DNA of 64,000 bases from Longimicrobiales bacterium (GCA_965238005.1 OZ250165.1:4480001-4544000), one strand, 5' to 3'. Shown: positions 39,207 through 49,608, numbered from the stretch's first letter. Notes: generated by a model not told the origin, from the letters alone. Numbers and translations: made by a program.

Positions 39207-39908
39207 TTGCGCATCGACGCCCCCCTTTCAGTTGCCGCGGTGGTGCTGGCTCTCGGCGTTGCGGTGCAACCTGTTCACGCCCAGAACCCTGACGTGCCCA
39301 CGGTGGCCGTACTGGACTTCACCGGTCTCATGCTCGGCTCGGCGGGCAACTCCGCCCCCCTGGGCAAAGCCGTCTCCAGCATGCTCATCACGGAGCTCAT
39401 CGGTAATCCCGGTCTTCAGGTCATCGAGCGATATCAGCTCCAGGACCTGCTCATGGAGCAGCGACTGGCTCTGTCCGGCAGGGTGGACGAGGGCACGGCC
39501 GTCGAGATCGGCAAGATGGTGGGTGCCCAGTACATGATCTACGGCCAGGTCACGAGCATCGCCGAGCAGCTACGGATGGACATGAGAGTCGTCGACGTGG
39601 AGACGTCGGAGGTGGTCGAAGCCCAGAAGATGAACGACAAGACGAGCGAGCTTCTGTCCGTGGTTGTGCGCATGGCGGACTCCTTCGTGGAGAAGCTGGA
39701 CCTGGATCCCCCGTCGTCCAGGGCGAAGATGGAGCCGATCCCGGTGCGGGCCACCGTAGAGTTTTCCCGTGCCGTCGATTTCGAGGACAAGGGTGAGATC
39801 GAGCAGGCCCTGGAGCATTACAGGGCGGCACTCGAGATCCACCCAGCCCACCGCGCTGCTCGACAGGCGGTCGATCGACTGGCGGCGAGCGGCGAGGACG
39901 ACCGATGA
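39207..39908 (+). CDS. Exported CsgG/HfaB-like protein with C-terminal TPR
   Basis: GAGGAGGA RBS; signal peptide (VHA|QN); VAVLDF, VIERYQLQDLLMEQ, AVEIGKMVGAQY, RVVDVETSEV. Confidence 0.8.
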   Translation: MRIDAPLSVAAVVLALGVAVQPVHAQNPDVPTVAVLDFTGLMLGSAGNSAPLGKAVSSMLITELIGNPGLQVIERYQLQDLLMEQRLALSGRVDEGTAVEIGKMVGAQYMIYGQVTSIAEQLRMDMRVVDVETSEVVEAQKMNDKTSELLSVVVRMADSFVEKLDLDPPSSRAKMEPIPVRATVEFSRAVDFEDKGEIEQALEHYRAALEIHPAHRAARQAVDRLAASGEDDR

Positions 39909-41695
39909 CGAAAGCACTCCGAGGGGCGGTCGCTTGGACGCCCGCCCTGACGCTCGCCTGCATGGCTCTGATTCCGGATGGGCTGGGCGCCCAACAGGAT
40001 GCCGAGATCGCGTTCGACACGGATCTGCCACGGGTCCTGGTCTTCATCCAGGAGGAAGACGGGCAGATCGCCGCCCGTGAGATGACCAACTTCCTGCTCG
40101 AGGGGGGCTTCCCGGTGGTGGATCCGGCCTTGGCGTACACGGCCGCCCAGAGGGAGCTGGTGCAGGCGGCGCTGGGTGGGGACGAGGGTGCCGCTACGAG
40201 CCTGGGTCGTGACTTCGGGGCGCAGGTGCTGATTCTGGGGCGCGCGGACTGGGGCGCCCGGCCCGACAGGGTGGATCAGACCGCCATCACCGCCACGGGA
40301 GAGGTGGCTGTGCGCGCGCTGCGGCTGGATCTGGGCAGAGTCATCGCCACGGCGGAGGGTGACGGCGGGCGGGTCCTGGAGGCCACCGAGCAGCGCGGAA
40401 AGGCGCGGGTCCTGCGAAAAGCCACTCAGGAAGTGCTCGAGAACACCTCCTTCCTCGGCCAGCTCATGAACAATTGGGTCGACGAGCCTTGGGAGAACGC
40501 TCTCTACTGGGTGCCGGACCCCGGCTCCGTCCCCGCCGAGATGGCTTCTGCGGCCCGGGGGGCCGGTCCCGGACTCGCGATACTTCGTGCCGACGTCTCA
40601 CCGTCCACCCAGGCGGGGGCCACCCGTGGACTCGGCGTGGTGAAGAAAGGGGACCGGTCCTCGGATCTCTTCAACCCGATCCGCATCGAGGGCGTTGTCA
40701 TCGGTGAGACCAGAGGTGTGGAGGTCGAGGGCAAGCCCGCCAACCTCATCGACCTCGAGGAAGGCGAGGCAGAGCGCCTGGGCGTCGAGGGGCAGACGGC
40801 CCAACGGTTCTGGGCGGAGACCAACCTGCCCATGAGCCAGGATTCGGTCAGGGTTGTGGCGGAGGGGCCCGGTGGCTCCACCACCGAGGCCGTGGCCGCC
40901 CCACGCATCGACGAGCGCTGGGCCGTGGTGATCGGCGTGGGCCAGTACGGGAGCGCCGATATCCCGGACCTCGAGTTCGCTGGCGCGGACGCACGGGCCG
41001 TGTACGAGTTTCTTACGAGCTCCGCTGCGGGACCCTTCGAGGAGGATCACGTTCGCTTCCTCACCGACGAGGAGGCCACCGGCGAGGCCATGCGGGATGC
41101 CCTTTTCGTCTTCCTGCAGCAGGCCGACTGGGACGACCTCGTCTTCATCTACTATGCTGGCCACGGCGCGCCGGACCCCAACCGTCCGGACAACCTCTAT
41201 CTGCTGCCTACCGACAGTGATCTGGACGCTTTGGCGTCCACAGCGTTCCCGATGTGGGACGTCAAGACGGCCCTACGGCGACAGATCGCGTCCGAGCGCG
41301 TGATCGTGGTTGCCGACGCTTGTCACTCTGCCGGGACGGCGGACGGCGACGTGGTCGGGGGAGCGGAGGGCAACGCCATCGCCGGCGGCTTCGCTCAGCT
41401 TTTCTCGCCGTCCAGGCGGCTTATGATGACGGCCGCCGATACGAACGAGTTCTCCCTCGAGGACGCACGGTGGGGAGGCCACGGAGTGTTCACGCACTTC
41501 CTTCTGGACGGGCTCAGGGGGAACGGTGACGCCAACGCGGACGGCGTCGTAACGTTCAGCGAGATCTTCGACTACGTGAGCAAGAACGTGATCTCGGCCA
41601 CCGAGGGCCGTCAGAATCCGCAGCGGTCCGGGTTCGGGGACATACCCCTCGCGGTGGTGGAGACGGCCGGCACCGGGGACGGTGGAGGTCGGTAG
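39905..41695 (+). CDS. Exported caspase-family (peptidase C14) protein with N-terminal CsgG/FlgT-like domain
   Basis: Signal peptide (LGA|QQ); WAVVIGV, YYAGHG, DACHS, HGVFT, DANADGVVT, QNP. Confidence 0.88.
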   Translation: MTKALRGAVAWTPALTLACMALIPDGLGAQQDAEIAFDTDLPRVLVFIQEEDGQIAAREMTNFLLEGGFPVVDPALAYTAAQRELVQAALGGDEGAATSLGRDFGAQVLILGRADWGARPDRVDQTAITATGEVAVRALRLDLGRVIATAEGDGGRVLEATEQRGKARVLRKATQEVLENTSFLGQLMNNWVDEPWENALYWVPDPGSVPAEMASAARGAGPGLAILRADVSPSTQAGATRGLGVVKKGDRSSDLFNPIRIEGVVIGETRGVEVEGKPANLIDLEEGEAERLGVEGQTAQRFWAETNLPMSQDSVRVVAEGPGGSTTEAVAAPRIDERWAVVIGVGQYGSADIPDLEFAGADARAVYEFLTSSAAGPFEEDHVRFLTDEEATGEAMRDALFVFLQQADWDDLVFIYYAGHGAPDPNRPDNLYLLPTDSDLDALASTAFPMWDVKTALRRQIASERVIVVADACHSAGTADGDVVGGAEGNAIAGGFAQLFSPSRRLMMTAADTNEFSLEDARWGGHGVFTHFLLDGLRGNGDANADGVVTFSEIFDYVSKNVISATEGRQNPQRSGFGDIPLAVVETAGTGDGGGR

Positions 41696-41721
41696 GGATC
41701 CAATCTAGCAGCTTCCAGAAT

Positions 41722-41754
41722 CCCGCCCGGTCTGCCCCGGGCGGGCTCCTTTTC
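41722..41754 (+). terminator. Intrinsic terminator between convergent operons
   Basis: CCCGCCCGG-TCTGCC-CCGGGCGGG followed by CTCCTTTT. Confidence 0.6.
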
Positions 41755-41765
41755 GTTGGGGGCGA

Positions 41766-43580
41766 CTAGAACTCTCGCCAGTCGCCCTCCAGGATCTTGT
41801 GGTACACCTCGGACGCCAGCAGCAGGTCCACCACGGCCTGGTCAAGCATGCCATCCTGGGCCTCCATATTCAGGATGTCGAGGGCCCTCGTGGCGGGAAG
41901 GGCGCGCTTGTACGGACGGTCGGAGGCCGTGAGGGCGTCGAAGATGTCGGAGACCGTCATGATCCGGGTCTGGATCGCGATCTCAGACGCGCCGATACCG
42001 CGGGGATAGCCGGTCCCGTTGAGCTTCTCGTGGTGCCCATGGGCGATGTCGGCCACCCTCGCGAGATCGCCGGTCCACGGAATCTGCGTGAGGAAGTTGT
42101 AGGTGTGAGTCACATGGGACTCGATCTGCTTCCGCTCGTCCGGATCCAGTGATCCCTTTGGGATCGAAAGGAAGTGGAGCTCTTCCGGCGTGACGTAGGG
42201 TACCTGCCGGTCCTCGAAGTCCAGGAATGTCGCAGCGGCGATGTCGTTCAGAATTTCCGCGCTGGCCTCGGGAAGAACCCTCGGCTCGTTGGACTCGCGG
42301 ATGGCCTCATGGAATCGGTCCAACTGTTCGAGGGAGCTCTCGTACGCCTCCTCGAGGCCTCGGAGAAAGACGTCGAACCCGTCCTTGCCGTCCTGCAGGA
42401 GGTGCTCAGCCTTCTTCTGATGGAAGTCCGACTCGAGCGTGCGACGGATCAGATCGAAGCGAGCCTCGATCCGTTCGAGGAGCACTGGCGGCAGCTTCTT
42501 GGGCTTCACGAGAACGTTCTCCCGAACGCCCACCTTTCCGAAGTCGTGCAGAAGGCCCGCGTAGCGCAGCTCCTTCATCTGCTCGCGCGTGAAGCTGGTG
42601 TCCTTGAATGGACCGTCACCAGCCCGGTCGGCCACCTCGGCGACGTCGCAAGTCAGGGTCGACACGCGCACCGAGTGTCCCGACGTGGTCGGGTCCCGCT
42701 GGTCGATGGCGATGACGGCGGCCTTGATGAAGCCCTCGAAGAGGTCCTCGATGTCCCGATAGAGCTGTCCGTTCTCGATGGAGACGGCCGCCTGCCCGGC
42801 AAGGGACTGGACCAGCTCGACCTCCCTGGTCTCGTAGGGAAGCACGTACTCGTCCGCGGTGGCCTCGTCACGGATCACACCCTCTGGATCCGACTTCCGG
42901 TTGATGAGCTGGAGCACGCCGACCACGGCATCCCGATGGTCCTTCATGGGGACCACCAGCATGGACTTGGCCCGGTAGCCCACCTCCTCTTCGAACGCAC
43001 GGTTGAACGAGTAGGGCGCCGACTGGGGAATCTCGTACGCGTCGTCGATGATGAGTGGCTCCCCGTGCAGGGCCGTAAATCCCGCTACGCTGGTCTCATC
43101 GAAGGGAAGCGAGAAGTCCGGGGTCGGTAGATCGGGGAGAGAGGCATTCTGAGCCCGCAGGAAGTGGAGTGTCTTCTCTCCGTCGTCCCCCTCTTCGACC
43201 AGATACAGACTCCCGGCATCGCTGTCGGTCAGCCGTCGGGCCTGGGTGAGGATCATGCCCAGGAGTGAGTCGGGATTGCGCTCGCTCATGAGTGCCATTC
43301 CCACCCTGTTCAGCCCTCGCAGGTCTCCGTGGACCTGGCTCAGCTGAGCGTCGGCTGCCGCTCTCGCCCCGGACCCGTCGGCCAGGACGGTCACGTGACT
43401 GGGCACCGACCCCAAGTCGCCGGTCTCGCAGAGTCCGTCGGAGAGGACCAGGACCGCTGCCCCGTCATGGGCCGAGACCTCGGTCAGGCTGGAGATCTCC
43501 ACGACCTCCACGCCGTCGCCTAGAGCGGCCAGAGCCTGCGACGCGTTCCCGGTTTGCGCGAAGATCAAGAGCTTCGTCAT
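41766..43580 (-). CDS. GAF + HD-GYP phosphodiesterase (HD domain with helical insertion)
   Basis: DAGSLYLV, GVLQLIN; TSGHS, LHDFGK, HHEKLNGTGYP, DIFDALT…RPYK. Confidence 0.9.
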   Translation of the reverse strand: MTKLLIFAQTGNASQALAALGDGVEVVEISSLTEVSAHDGAAVLVLSDGLCETGDLGSVPSHVTVLADGSGARAAADAQLSQVHGDLRGLNRVGMALMSERNPDSLLGMILTQARRLTDSDAGSLYLVEEGDDGEKTLHFLRAQNASLPDLPTPDFSLPFDETSVAGFTALHGEPLIIDDAYEIPQSAPYSFNRAFEEEVGYRAKSMLVVPMKDHRDAVVGVLQLINRKSDPEGVIRDEATADEYVLPYETREVELVQSLAGQAAVSIENGQLYRDIEDLFEGFIKAAVIAIDQRDPTTSGHSVRVSTLTCDVAEVADRAGDGPFKDTSFTREQMKELRYAGLLHDFGKVGVRENVLVKPKKLPPVLLERIEARFDLIRRTLESDFHQKKAEHLLQDGKDGFDVFLRGLEEAYESSLEQLDRFHEAIRESNEPRVLPEASAEILNDIAAATFLDFEDRQVPYVTPEELHFLSIPKGSLDPDERKQIESHVTHTYNFLTQIPWTGDLARVADIAHGHHEKLNGTGYPRGIGASEIAIQTRIMTVSDIFDALTASDRPYKRALPATRALDILNMEAQDGMLDQAVVDLLLASEVYHKILEGDWREF

Positions 43581-44491
43581 CGCATCAGCCAGTCTGCCTT
43601 GTCGAAGGCCGCGCTCGCGCCCTCCAGGTCACCGAGCGCGTCAAGGATCTCGCCCTTGAGCAAGAACACGTCTGCGCTCAACTCCTCTTCGTCCAGGAAA
43701 GCCAGGGTAGCCGAAGCGTCATAGAAGAGCCCGACTTCCCGGTAGACCGCCGCGGCCATGAGGGCGCCGTCTCCGGTAGGATCCAGGCCGGCCGCGGCCA
43801 AGGACTCGAGCGCTCCTGCCACCTCGCCGTGCTCCTCACCGCCCAGGACCAAGAATCGCTGCTCGCGCGTCGGCCGGCCGGAGCCGGAGGGCGCCACGGT
43901 CCAGGCGTACGTCTGGCCCCTGAGCAGGTCCGGAGCATCGGTGGGCAGCGCCCAGGTCGTGTCGGAGGTCTCATAGCGGGTGATCCCGCCCTCCAGATTC
44001 CGGACCTGGATCATGTAACCGGTGGCGCCTTCCACCGAGTGCCAGAAGAACGTGGGGCGCGCGTCCATGACCGGGAGGCCGTTCCTGGGCGCGATCAGAA
44101 CCGGCTCGCCGGGGATGGGACGGATCATCCCCTGTCGATTGGGATTGCCGCGGGCGTCGGTGGTGGCGGCGCTGGCGAGGACTCGCATGGTCCTCGAGAA
44201 GGCGCCCGCCTCGGAGTCGCCGCTGGCTGCGGGAATGGTCAGCGTCTCCGTCACACGTTGTGTGCGGCCGGTGGCATGGACGATTACCGCCTCTCCTCCA
44301 CCTGTGATGATCTGATCCCCGCTGGCCAGCCGGGTGCCGACCGCGGCCGCAATGGGGGCACCATCCCCCAGGATGACCTCGACAGCCCCCTGAACACTCA
44401 CTACCACGGCTGCGGGAGCCTCTTGGATCGGGGGTCCCCCGTTTGCTCCGAGGAGCAGGAACGAGCTCGTTGCGATGAGAAGCTTCTTCAT
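43577..44491 (-). CDS. Exported DUF928-like protein (FecR-like N-terminus, Ig-like core, TPR-like end)
   Basis: Signal peptide; VVSVQGAVEV…LASGD; RPTFFW…GQTYAWTV; YREVGLFYDA. Confidence 0.65.
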   Translation of the reverse strand: MKKLLIATSSFLLLGANGGPPIQEAPAAVVVSVQGAVEVILGDGAPIAAAVGTRLASGDQIITGGGEAVIVHATGRTQRVTETLTIPAASGDSEAGAFSRTMRVLASAATTDARGNPNRQGMIRPIPGEPVLIAPRNGLPVMDARPTFFWHSVEGATGYMIQVRNLEGGITRYETSDTTWALPTDAPDLLRGQTYAWTVAPSGSGRPTREQRFLVLGGEEHGEVAGALESLAAAGLDPTGDGALMAAAVYREVGLFYDASATLAFLDEEELSADVFLLKGEILDALGDLEGASAAFDKADWLMR

Positions 44492-44511
44492 AACTGACTC
44501 CAATGGGCTCC

Positions 44512-46732
44512 CTACTTCGTTGTCCGACGGACGACGAAGTCCCAGTCCGCCGGCGGAGGGTTGGCGATGTTCTCCTTCGATCTCTCCAAATACACTTTCG
44601 AAGGCCCGTCACTGGGATCCGCGTCCAGTGCGGCCTTAAAGTACTCGCTTGCAAGCTCCCAGTCGCGGCCGCGATAGACCTTCATCCCGGCCTCATAGTG
44701 GGCGATGGCCTCTTCCTTCTCGGGGGAAAGGGCTACGCCTGCCATCTCCAGGACCTCATAGACGGTCACTGGCTCGATTTTGCCCTTCACCGTCATGAAG
44801 TCCAGCACGCGCACACGGAAGTCGTCCCGTGTCGCGGCCTCGACCGTGTGCTCCGAAGCCATGACCAGCGTGTCGTAGGACTTGTTGGCGGGCTCGAGTC
44901 GGGCTCCGAGGTTCACCGCGTCGCCGATGGCGCTGTAGTCGAAGCGGTCTTTGCCACCCACGTTTCCTACCACCACTTCACCCGTGTTGAGCCCGATGCG
45001 TACCACCATCGTCTCTGCCTCGGGGTCGGCGGCGATCCACCGCTTGTTCAGATCGTCCATCTTCCGCTGCATGAGGATGGCGCATCGGAGTGCTCGATCC
45101 GCGTGATCGGCTACTGGAGTCGGCGCGTTCCAGAACGCCATGATGGCGTCGCCGATGTACTTGTCGAGCGTGCCCTCCTCGGCCATGACCAGGTCGGTCA
45201 TCTCGGAGAGGTACTCGTTCAGATGGGCGATCAATTCCTCGGCGTCCATGCGCTCGGACATGTCCGTGAAGCCGGCCAGGTCCGAGAAGAGCACCGTGAT
45301 GGGGACCTTCTTGCCCCCCAGCTTGAGGGAGTCGGGGTTCTCGGAGATCTGACCGACGACCGTGGGCGACACGTACTTTCCAAAGGCGCTTCGGATGAAC
45401 CGCTTCTCCCTCCCCTCGACGATGGAGACGTACGCGGTGGAGCCCAGGTACGAGAGCCCGACCGCTACCAGCGGCACGACGATGGGGATCCAGAAGTACG
45501 GCTCGACGGAGCCGAGGCGGCCCAGATACGCCATGAAGGCCCCAGCGGACGTACCCAGCCCGAGGACCACCGTCAGGGCACCCCCCCAGACCGCTCCCTT
45601 CAGAAAGACCACTCCTCCGGCGGCCAGTCCGAGAAGCAGGAGCAGCGCCCAGGTGGCCCCTTCACCCCATGGGCCGGAGGTACTCCTCGTCGATGAAATT
45701 CTGGAGGGCCTGGGCGTGGATCTCCACCCCGAACATCCAGTCGAAGAGGGCGTCGGGCGGGAACGACTGATCCCTCTCGGCCACCGCGCTGTACGGGAGG
45801 TGGTCGTAAGGGGTCCGGAACTTGTCGGAGTCGTGGAAGCCGGTTCCCAGGAGAACGATCTTGTCCCGGAAGAAGTCTGGGTTGATGTAGGCGAGCCCTA
45901 CCGCGCTCTGCGAGGCGACGGCCGGGAACGTCCCAACGTCGATCTCGCCCTGCACGAGATGGGAAGGGGGGCCGCTGAAGCGTAGCGGAAACGTAATGGC
46001 CCAGGTCTTCGGAGTCGATCCGGGCTGCCACCAGTCATCGGGTACCTCTCCCAAGCCCTCCGGGAGTCCCGGAAGGGACACGCGACCCGTGGCTCTCGCG
46101 TCGGACATCATGGCTTCCACGTCCAGGCCTCGGGAGTGGGCGTACAAGGCCAGGGCGAACCCGGGAGCGAGCCCGTCTTCGGATCGAACGGCGAGGGTCC
46201 CGTCGCGGATGGTCTCGAAGGGCGTGGGCAGGTCGGCGGAGGCGACTCCGGCGGCCACCTCGGCGAAGTAGGGGTCCGGATCGGCGAGGACCTTCGTCTC
46301 TCCGTCCTCGGACTCCACCACCGGGGAGACCAGGACGACGTTGCCGGCGTCGGCCAAGGCCTGTCGAAGACGGTCGTCACCGCCATCCATGGCATTGAGC
46401 TCGTCCCAACGACGGTCGAGGTAGACGTCCAGCCCGATGGTCTTCGCCCCCGCGAATGAGACCGCGTTGACGAGGTCCGCCAGGTGGGGGCGGTAGAAGG
46501 GTGACAGGTAGTTCCAGTCCTTCGTCGCTTCTTCATCGAAGAAGACGATGACGACCTCCGTCTGTCCCTCGGTTCGGCGGAGCTGCCGGGAGGCGGCCTG
46601 CTGGAAGAAGTCGAGGGTGCCCAGCTCGAGGTCCTCGATCTGGGTGAGCCTCCCGTACCGGTCGGCGATCTGGGCCACAGAGGCCGCGCCCAACGTGATC
46701 AGCCCGAGAACACCGGCGCGCTTCCACTTCAT
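44512..46732 (-). CDS. CHASE2 + TM helices + class III adenylate cyclase (one apparent frameshift at 45665-45668)
   Basis: CHASE2: GAKTIGLDV, KIVLLG, FRTP, GVEIHAQ. Cyclase: FSDLAGFT, DKYIGDA, DYSAIGDAVNLGARLE, VKGK. Removing one G from ATGGGGTGA fuses the two ORFs (…PMGEGATWALLLLLG…). Confidence 0.88.
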
Positions 46733-46798
46733 GGCATCACGGTCGAGCCGTGTCGGGGCCCCAGCCCAGCGGATCAGGCACGGTCGAGAGGCTCGGCG

Positions 46799-48682
46799 CT
46801 AGTTGTGGATCTCGTACATCAGCGACGCACTCCCCCACGAGTCGAGACGCACGGCTCCATCGGAACCCTCCGCCGGGCCGGCGGCCCTGCGAACGGCGTC
46901 AGCAATGAGATCGGCGAGCTCGAGCTTGCCCGCGGTGAAATCGTCACCGACGGCGATGTCCAACGGTTCCGGTGTCAGGAAGGCGCGGACCATTCCGCGG
47001 CCAGCCGGCGGCATGGCCTGGATCTCGAACTCCATGCTCTCGGTCGGGAACTCGATTCGCTGTCCCGCGGTCACCGCGTTCTCCCGGTCGTACGGGTTCG
47101 GGAAGAGTACGGTGACCGTCCCGTCGGTACCGAGGTCGACGAGGGTCAGGTATCCGCTGCGCTCGGCCTCGGCCAGGAAGCGCACGTTCTCGCCGATGCC
47201 GAAGCTGGACACTCCGCCGGCGAGCCAGACCTCGAGGCTGAACGACTGTGCCGGGTTCTCCATGTCGCCGAGCCTCTTCGCGGAGGCCTCACGCATGAGG
47301 GCATCGGCCAGGTCGGTGGCGCCCTCGGCGCCGGCCGGGAAGACGTGCCGTGCCGCCCCGTCCATTCCAACCACCCGGATGTCCATTCCCCGGCGCCGCA
47401 GCAGCAGATCGGAGTAGGACTCCTCATCATGGATAAGCACGATCGCCTCGGAGCCCTCGATGGCGCTCGCCAGAGCGTCGGCGGTGCCGGTGTCCGCCCC
47501 GGCGACGTTGACTCGCAGAGGGCTGGACGGGAAGCGATAGCCCTCCAGGGTCGCCCGATCACCCTCGCTCACGGATCCCGTCAGGACTCTGGCTTGGGAG
47601 CGGTCCGAGCTCACCGACTCCACCACCATGCGGGCGCCGTCGGCCGTGCTGAACGTCGATCCCAAGGTGATCCCAAGCGCCTGGCCGCCCTGTAGCTCAG
47701 CCGTGGAGCCACTGATGGAAAGCACGGGCAGAGACGCCGAAGACGTGCCCCGGGACCCGCCCTCCACGAAGAAGAGTGGAAGCGACTTGGACGCCACATC
47801 CTCGGAGAGGTAGGGGTCCTGCTCGAAGCGATTTCTCTTGAGGTGGTCTGACACCCGGCGGTATGCGTCCTCGTACGACATGTCCGCCGGGGCCCTCCAG
47901 AGCTCCCGGATGAGGAAGGTCGTGAACGCCCCGCCGTGGAACGGGTCCGCGCCGTTCTCCCCCGGGAAGAAGGCGTCCACGGCCGGCTGGTCGGGCTGGG
48001 CGGCGGCGAGCTCCAGGACGTTCGCGCCCTGGGAGTCGAAGCCCGTCCGGTCTCTCTCGTTCGCGAGTGCGCGCCGGGAAATGGTCGCCGGCCTGTCGAT
48101 CTCGGATACGTCCCGTCCGAGCTGGCGTGTTCGGGAGAACGGAGTGACGTCGCGCGTTCCCGATCCGGAGCTGCAGTTGTCCAGGAACACCACGACGTTG
48201 TCCGTCGGGAGGGCCCGGAGCCAGGCTCCGAACTCGTCGTCGCTGATGTCGAACTCGGTCGAAGTGGGGCTGACGTCGGCGGGGGCCAGCGTCTCGTCCA
48301 GACCATCGTCCTCGTCGCCGCTTTCGTCCCACATCTGCGAGCCGTGTCCGGCATAGAAGACGGTGACATTGTCGCCGGGACGCGCCCGCTCGGGCAGCCA
48401 CTCCGTGAGGGCGACCTCGATGTTGGCGCGGGTGGCTTCCTGATTCAGGAGCATCCGGATGTTGTCCGGCGGGAAACCGTACCGGCTGAGGAGAACGTCC
48501 CGCATGCCCCGTGCATCGTGCTCCGCACCGGGGAGGTCGCCACCTGTTACGTCGTCATAGTGGATGTAGTCACTGATTCCGATGATCACCGCCCAGTGTG
48601 TGGGAGCGATGCGTTCGGCGGGCCCGAAGGCGAGCAACGGTACGGCTGCCATTGCCGCCACCACAGGGGCGAAACGTCTCAC
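46799..48682 (-). CDS. Exported metacaspase-like C14 protease with C-terminal DUF4384-like domain
   Basis: Hydrophobic N-terminus; WAVIIGI, FYAGHGSQ, DESGDEDDGLDE, DNCSSG, GAFT; GYLTLVDLGTDGTVTVLFPN. Confidence 0.88.
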   Translation of the reverse strand: MRRFAPVVAAMAAVPLLAFGPAERIAPTHWAVIIGISDYIHYDDVTGGDLPGAEHDARGMRDVLLSRYGFPPDNIRMLLNQEATRANIEVALTEWLPERARPGDNVTVFYAGHGSQMWDESGDEDDGLDETLAPADVSPTSTEFDISDDEFGAWLRALPTDNVVVFLDNCSSGSGTRDVTPFSRTRQLGRDVSEIDRPATISRRALANERDRTGFDSQGANVLELAAAQPDQPAVDAFFPGENGADPFHGGAFTTFLIRELWRAPADMSYEDAYRRVSDHLKRNRFEQDPYLSEDVASKSLPLFFVEGGSRGTSSASLPVLSISGSTAELQGGQALGITLGSTFSTADGARMVVESVSSDRSQARVLTGSVSEGDRATLEGYRFPSSPLRVNVAGADTGTADALASAIEGSEAIVLIHDEESYSDLLLRRRGMDIRVVGMDGAARHVFPAGAEGATDLADALMREASAKRLGDMENPAQSFSLEVWLAGGVSSFGIGENVRFLAEAERSGYLTLVDLGTDGTVTVLFPNPYDRENAVTAGQRIEFPTESMEFEIQAMPPAGRGMVRAFLTPEPLDIAVGDDFTAGKLELADLIADAVRRAAGPAEGSDGAVRLDSWGSASLMYEIHN

Positions 48683-48693
48683 GGCGTGGGCTC

Positions 48694-49608
48694 CTAAAGC
48701 AGGATGTCGGCCAGTTCGGCCGCGGCGTCGACCTGAAAGCTATATCCGAGGGAGAGGGCCTCGTCCCGGTGTGACGACACCAGCTCGGAGAGCTTCTCGT
48801 CGTGACGCTCGGGATCGTGGTGAAAGAAGAGGAGCCTCTTCGCGCCCACCTCGTCAGCGAGATGGAGCGCCTGGCGGAAGGTAGAATGCCCCCAGCCCAG
48901 CTTGGACTGGTACTCCTCCTCGGTGAACATGGCGTCGTGGATCAGAACGTCCACATCGCCCACGAAGTCGATGAACTGGCGATGCCAGTCCTCGCCCACG
49001 TCGTAATCCTCTCCCGCGATCTCGTTGTCCGGGATGTAGGCGAGGGACGCACCTCCGTACTCGATGCGATACCCGACCGTGAAGGACGGATGTCTCATTC
49101 GCATAGCCGATACGCTGAACCCGTCGTCCTCCCAAACGCCCTCGTTCAGATGGGAGAACTCCTTGTGCGCAGCGAGAGCGTCGAAGGGGATCGGGAAGTA
49201 GATCGGCCCCATCTGCCCGGCGAAGAGCGTCTGAATGTCCACGTCGAACTGCTTGGGACCGATGATTTGGAGCGACGCGGTGGGGTTGTACAAAGGCACG
49301 AAGAATGGGAACCCCTGGATGTGGTCCCAATGGAAGTGTGTGAGGAAGATGACGGCGTCGGTGGCGCCATCCTCGCTCATCATGTGCGAGCCGAGGGGAC
49401 GGATCCCCGTGCCGGCGTCGAAGATGAAGCGCCGGCCGTCGTCGAGGCGCACCTCCATGCAGGGTGTATTCCCCCCGTATTTGGCGGTCCCTGGGCCCGG
49501 ACTGGGGATAGACCCTCGGGTTCCCCAGCAAACTGCCTCGATCACGGGGTGTGCCTCCTCGGTCTCCATCGTCGTGGCCGGCGAGGCGGCGTCCATCGCT
49601 TGCTCCAC
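48694..49608 (-). CDS. MBL-fold metallo-hydrolase (phosphodiesterase-like)
   Basis: WGTRGSIP, YGGNTPC, DAGTG, THFHWDHIQG, WGHS, FHHDP. Confidence 0.88.
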   Translation of the reverse strand: MEQAMDAASPATTMETEEAHPVIEAVCWGTRGSIPSPGPGTAKYGGNTPCMEVRLDDGRRFIFDAGTGIRPLGSHMMSEDGATDAVIFLTHFHWDHIQGFPFFVPLYNPTASLQIIGPKQFDVDIQTLFAGQMGPIYFPIPFDALAAHKEFSHLNEGVWEDDGFSVSAMRMRHPSFTVGYRIEYGGASLAYIPDNEIAGEDYDVGEDWHRQFIDFVGDVDVLIHDAMFTEEEYQSKLGWGHSTFRQALHLADEVGAKRLLFFHHDPERHDEKLSELVSSHRDEALSLGYSFQVDAAAELADILL

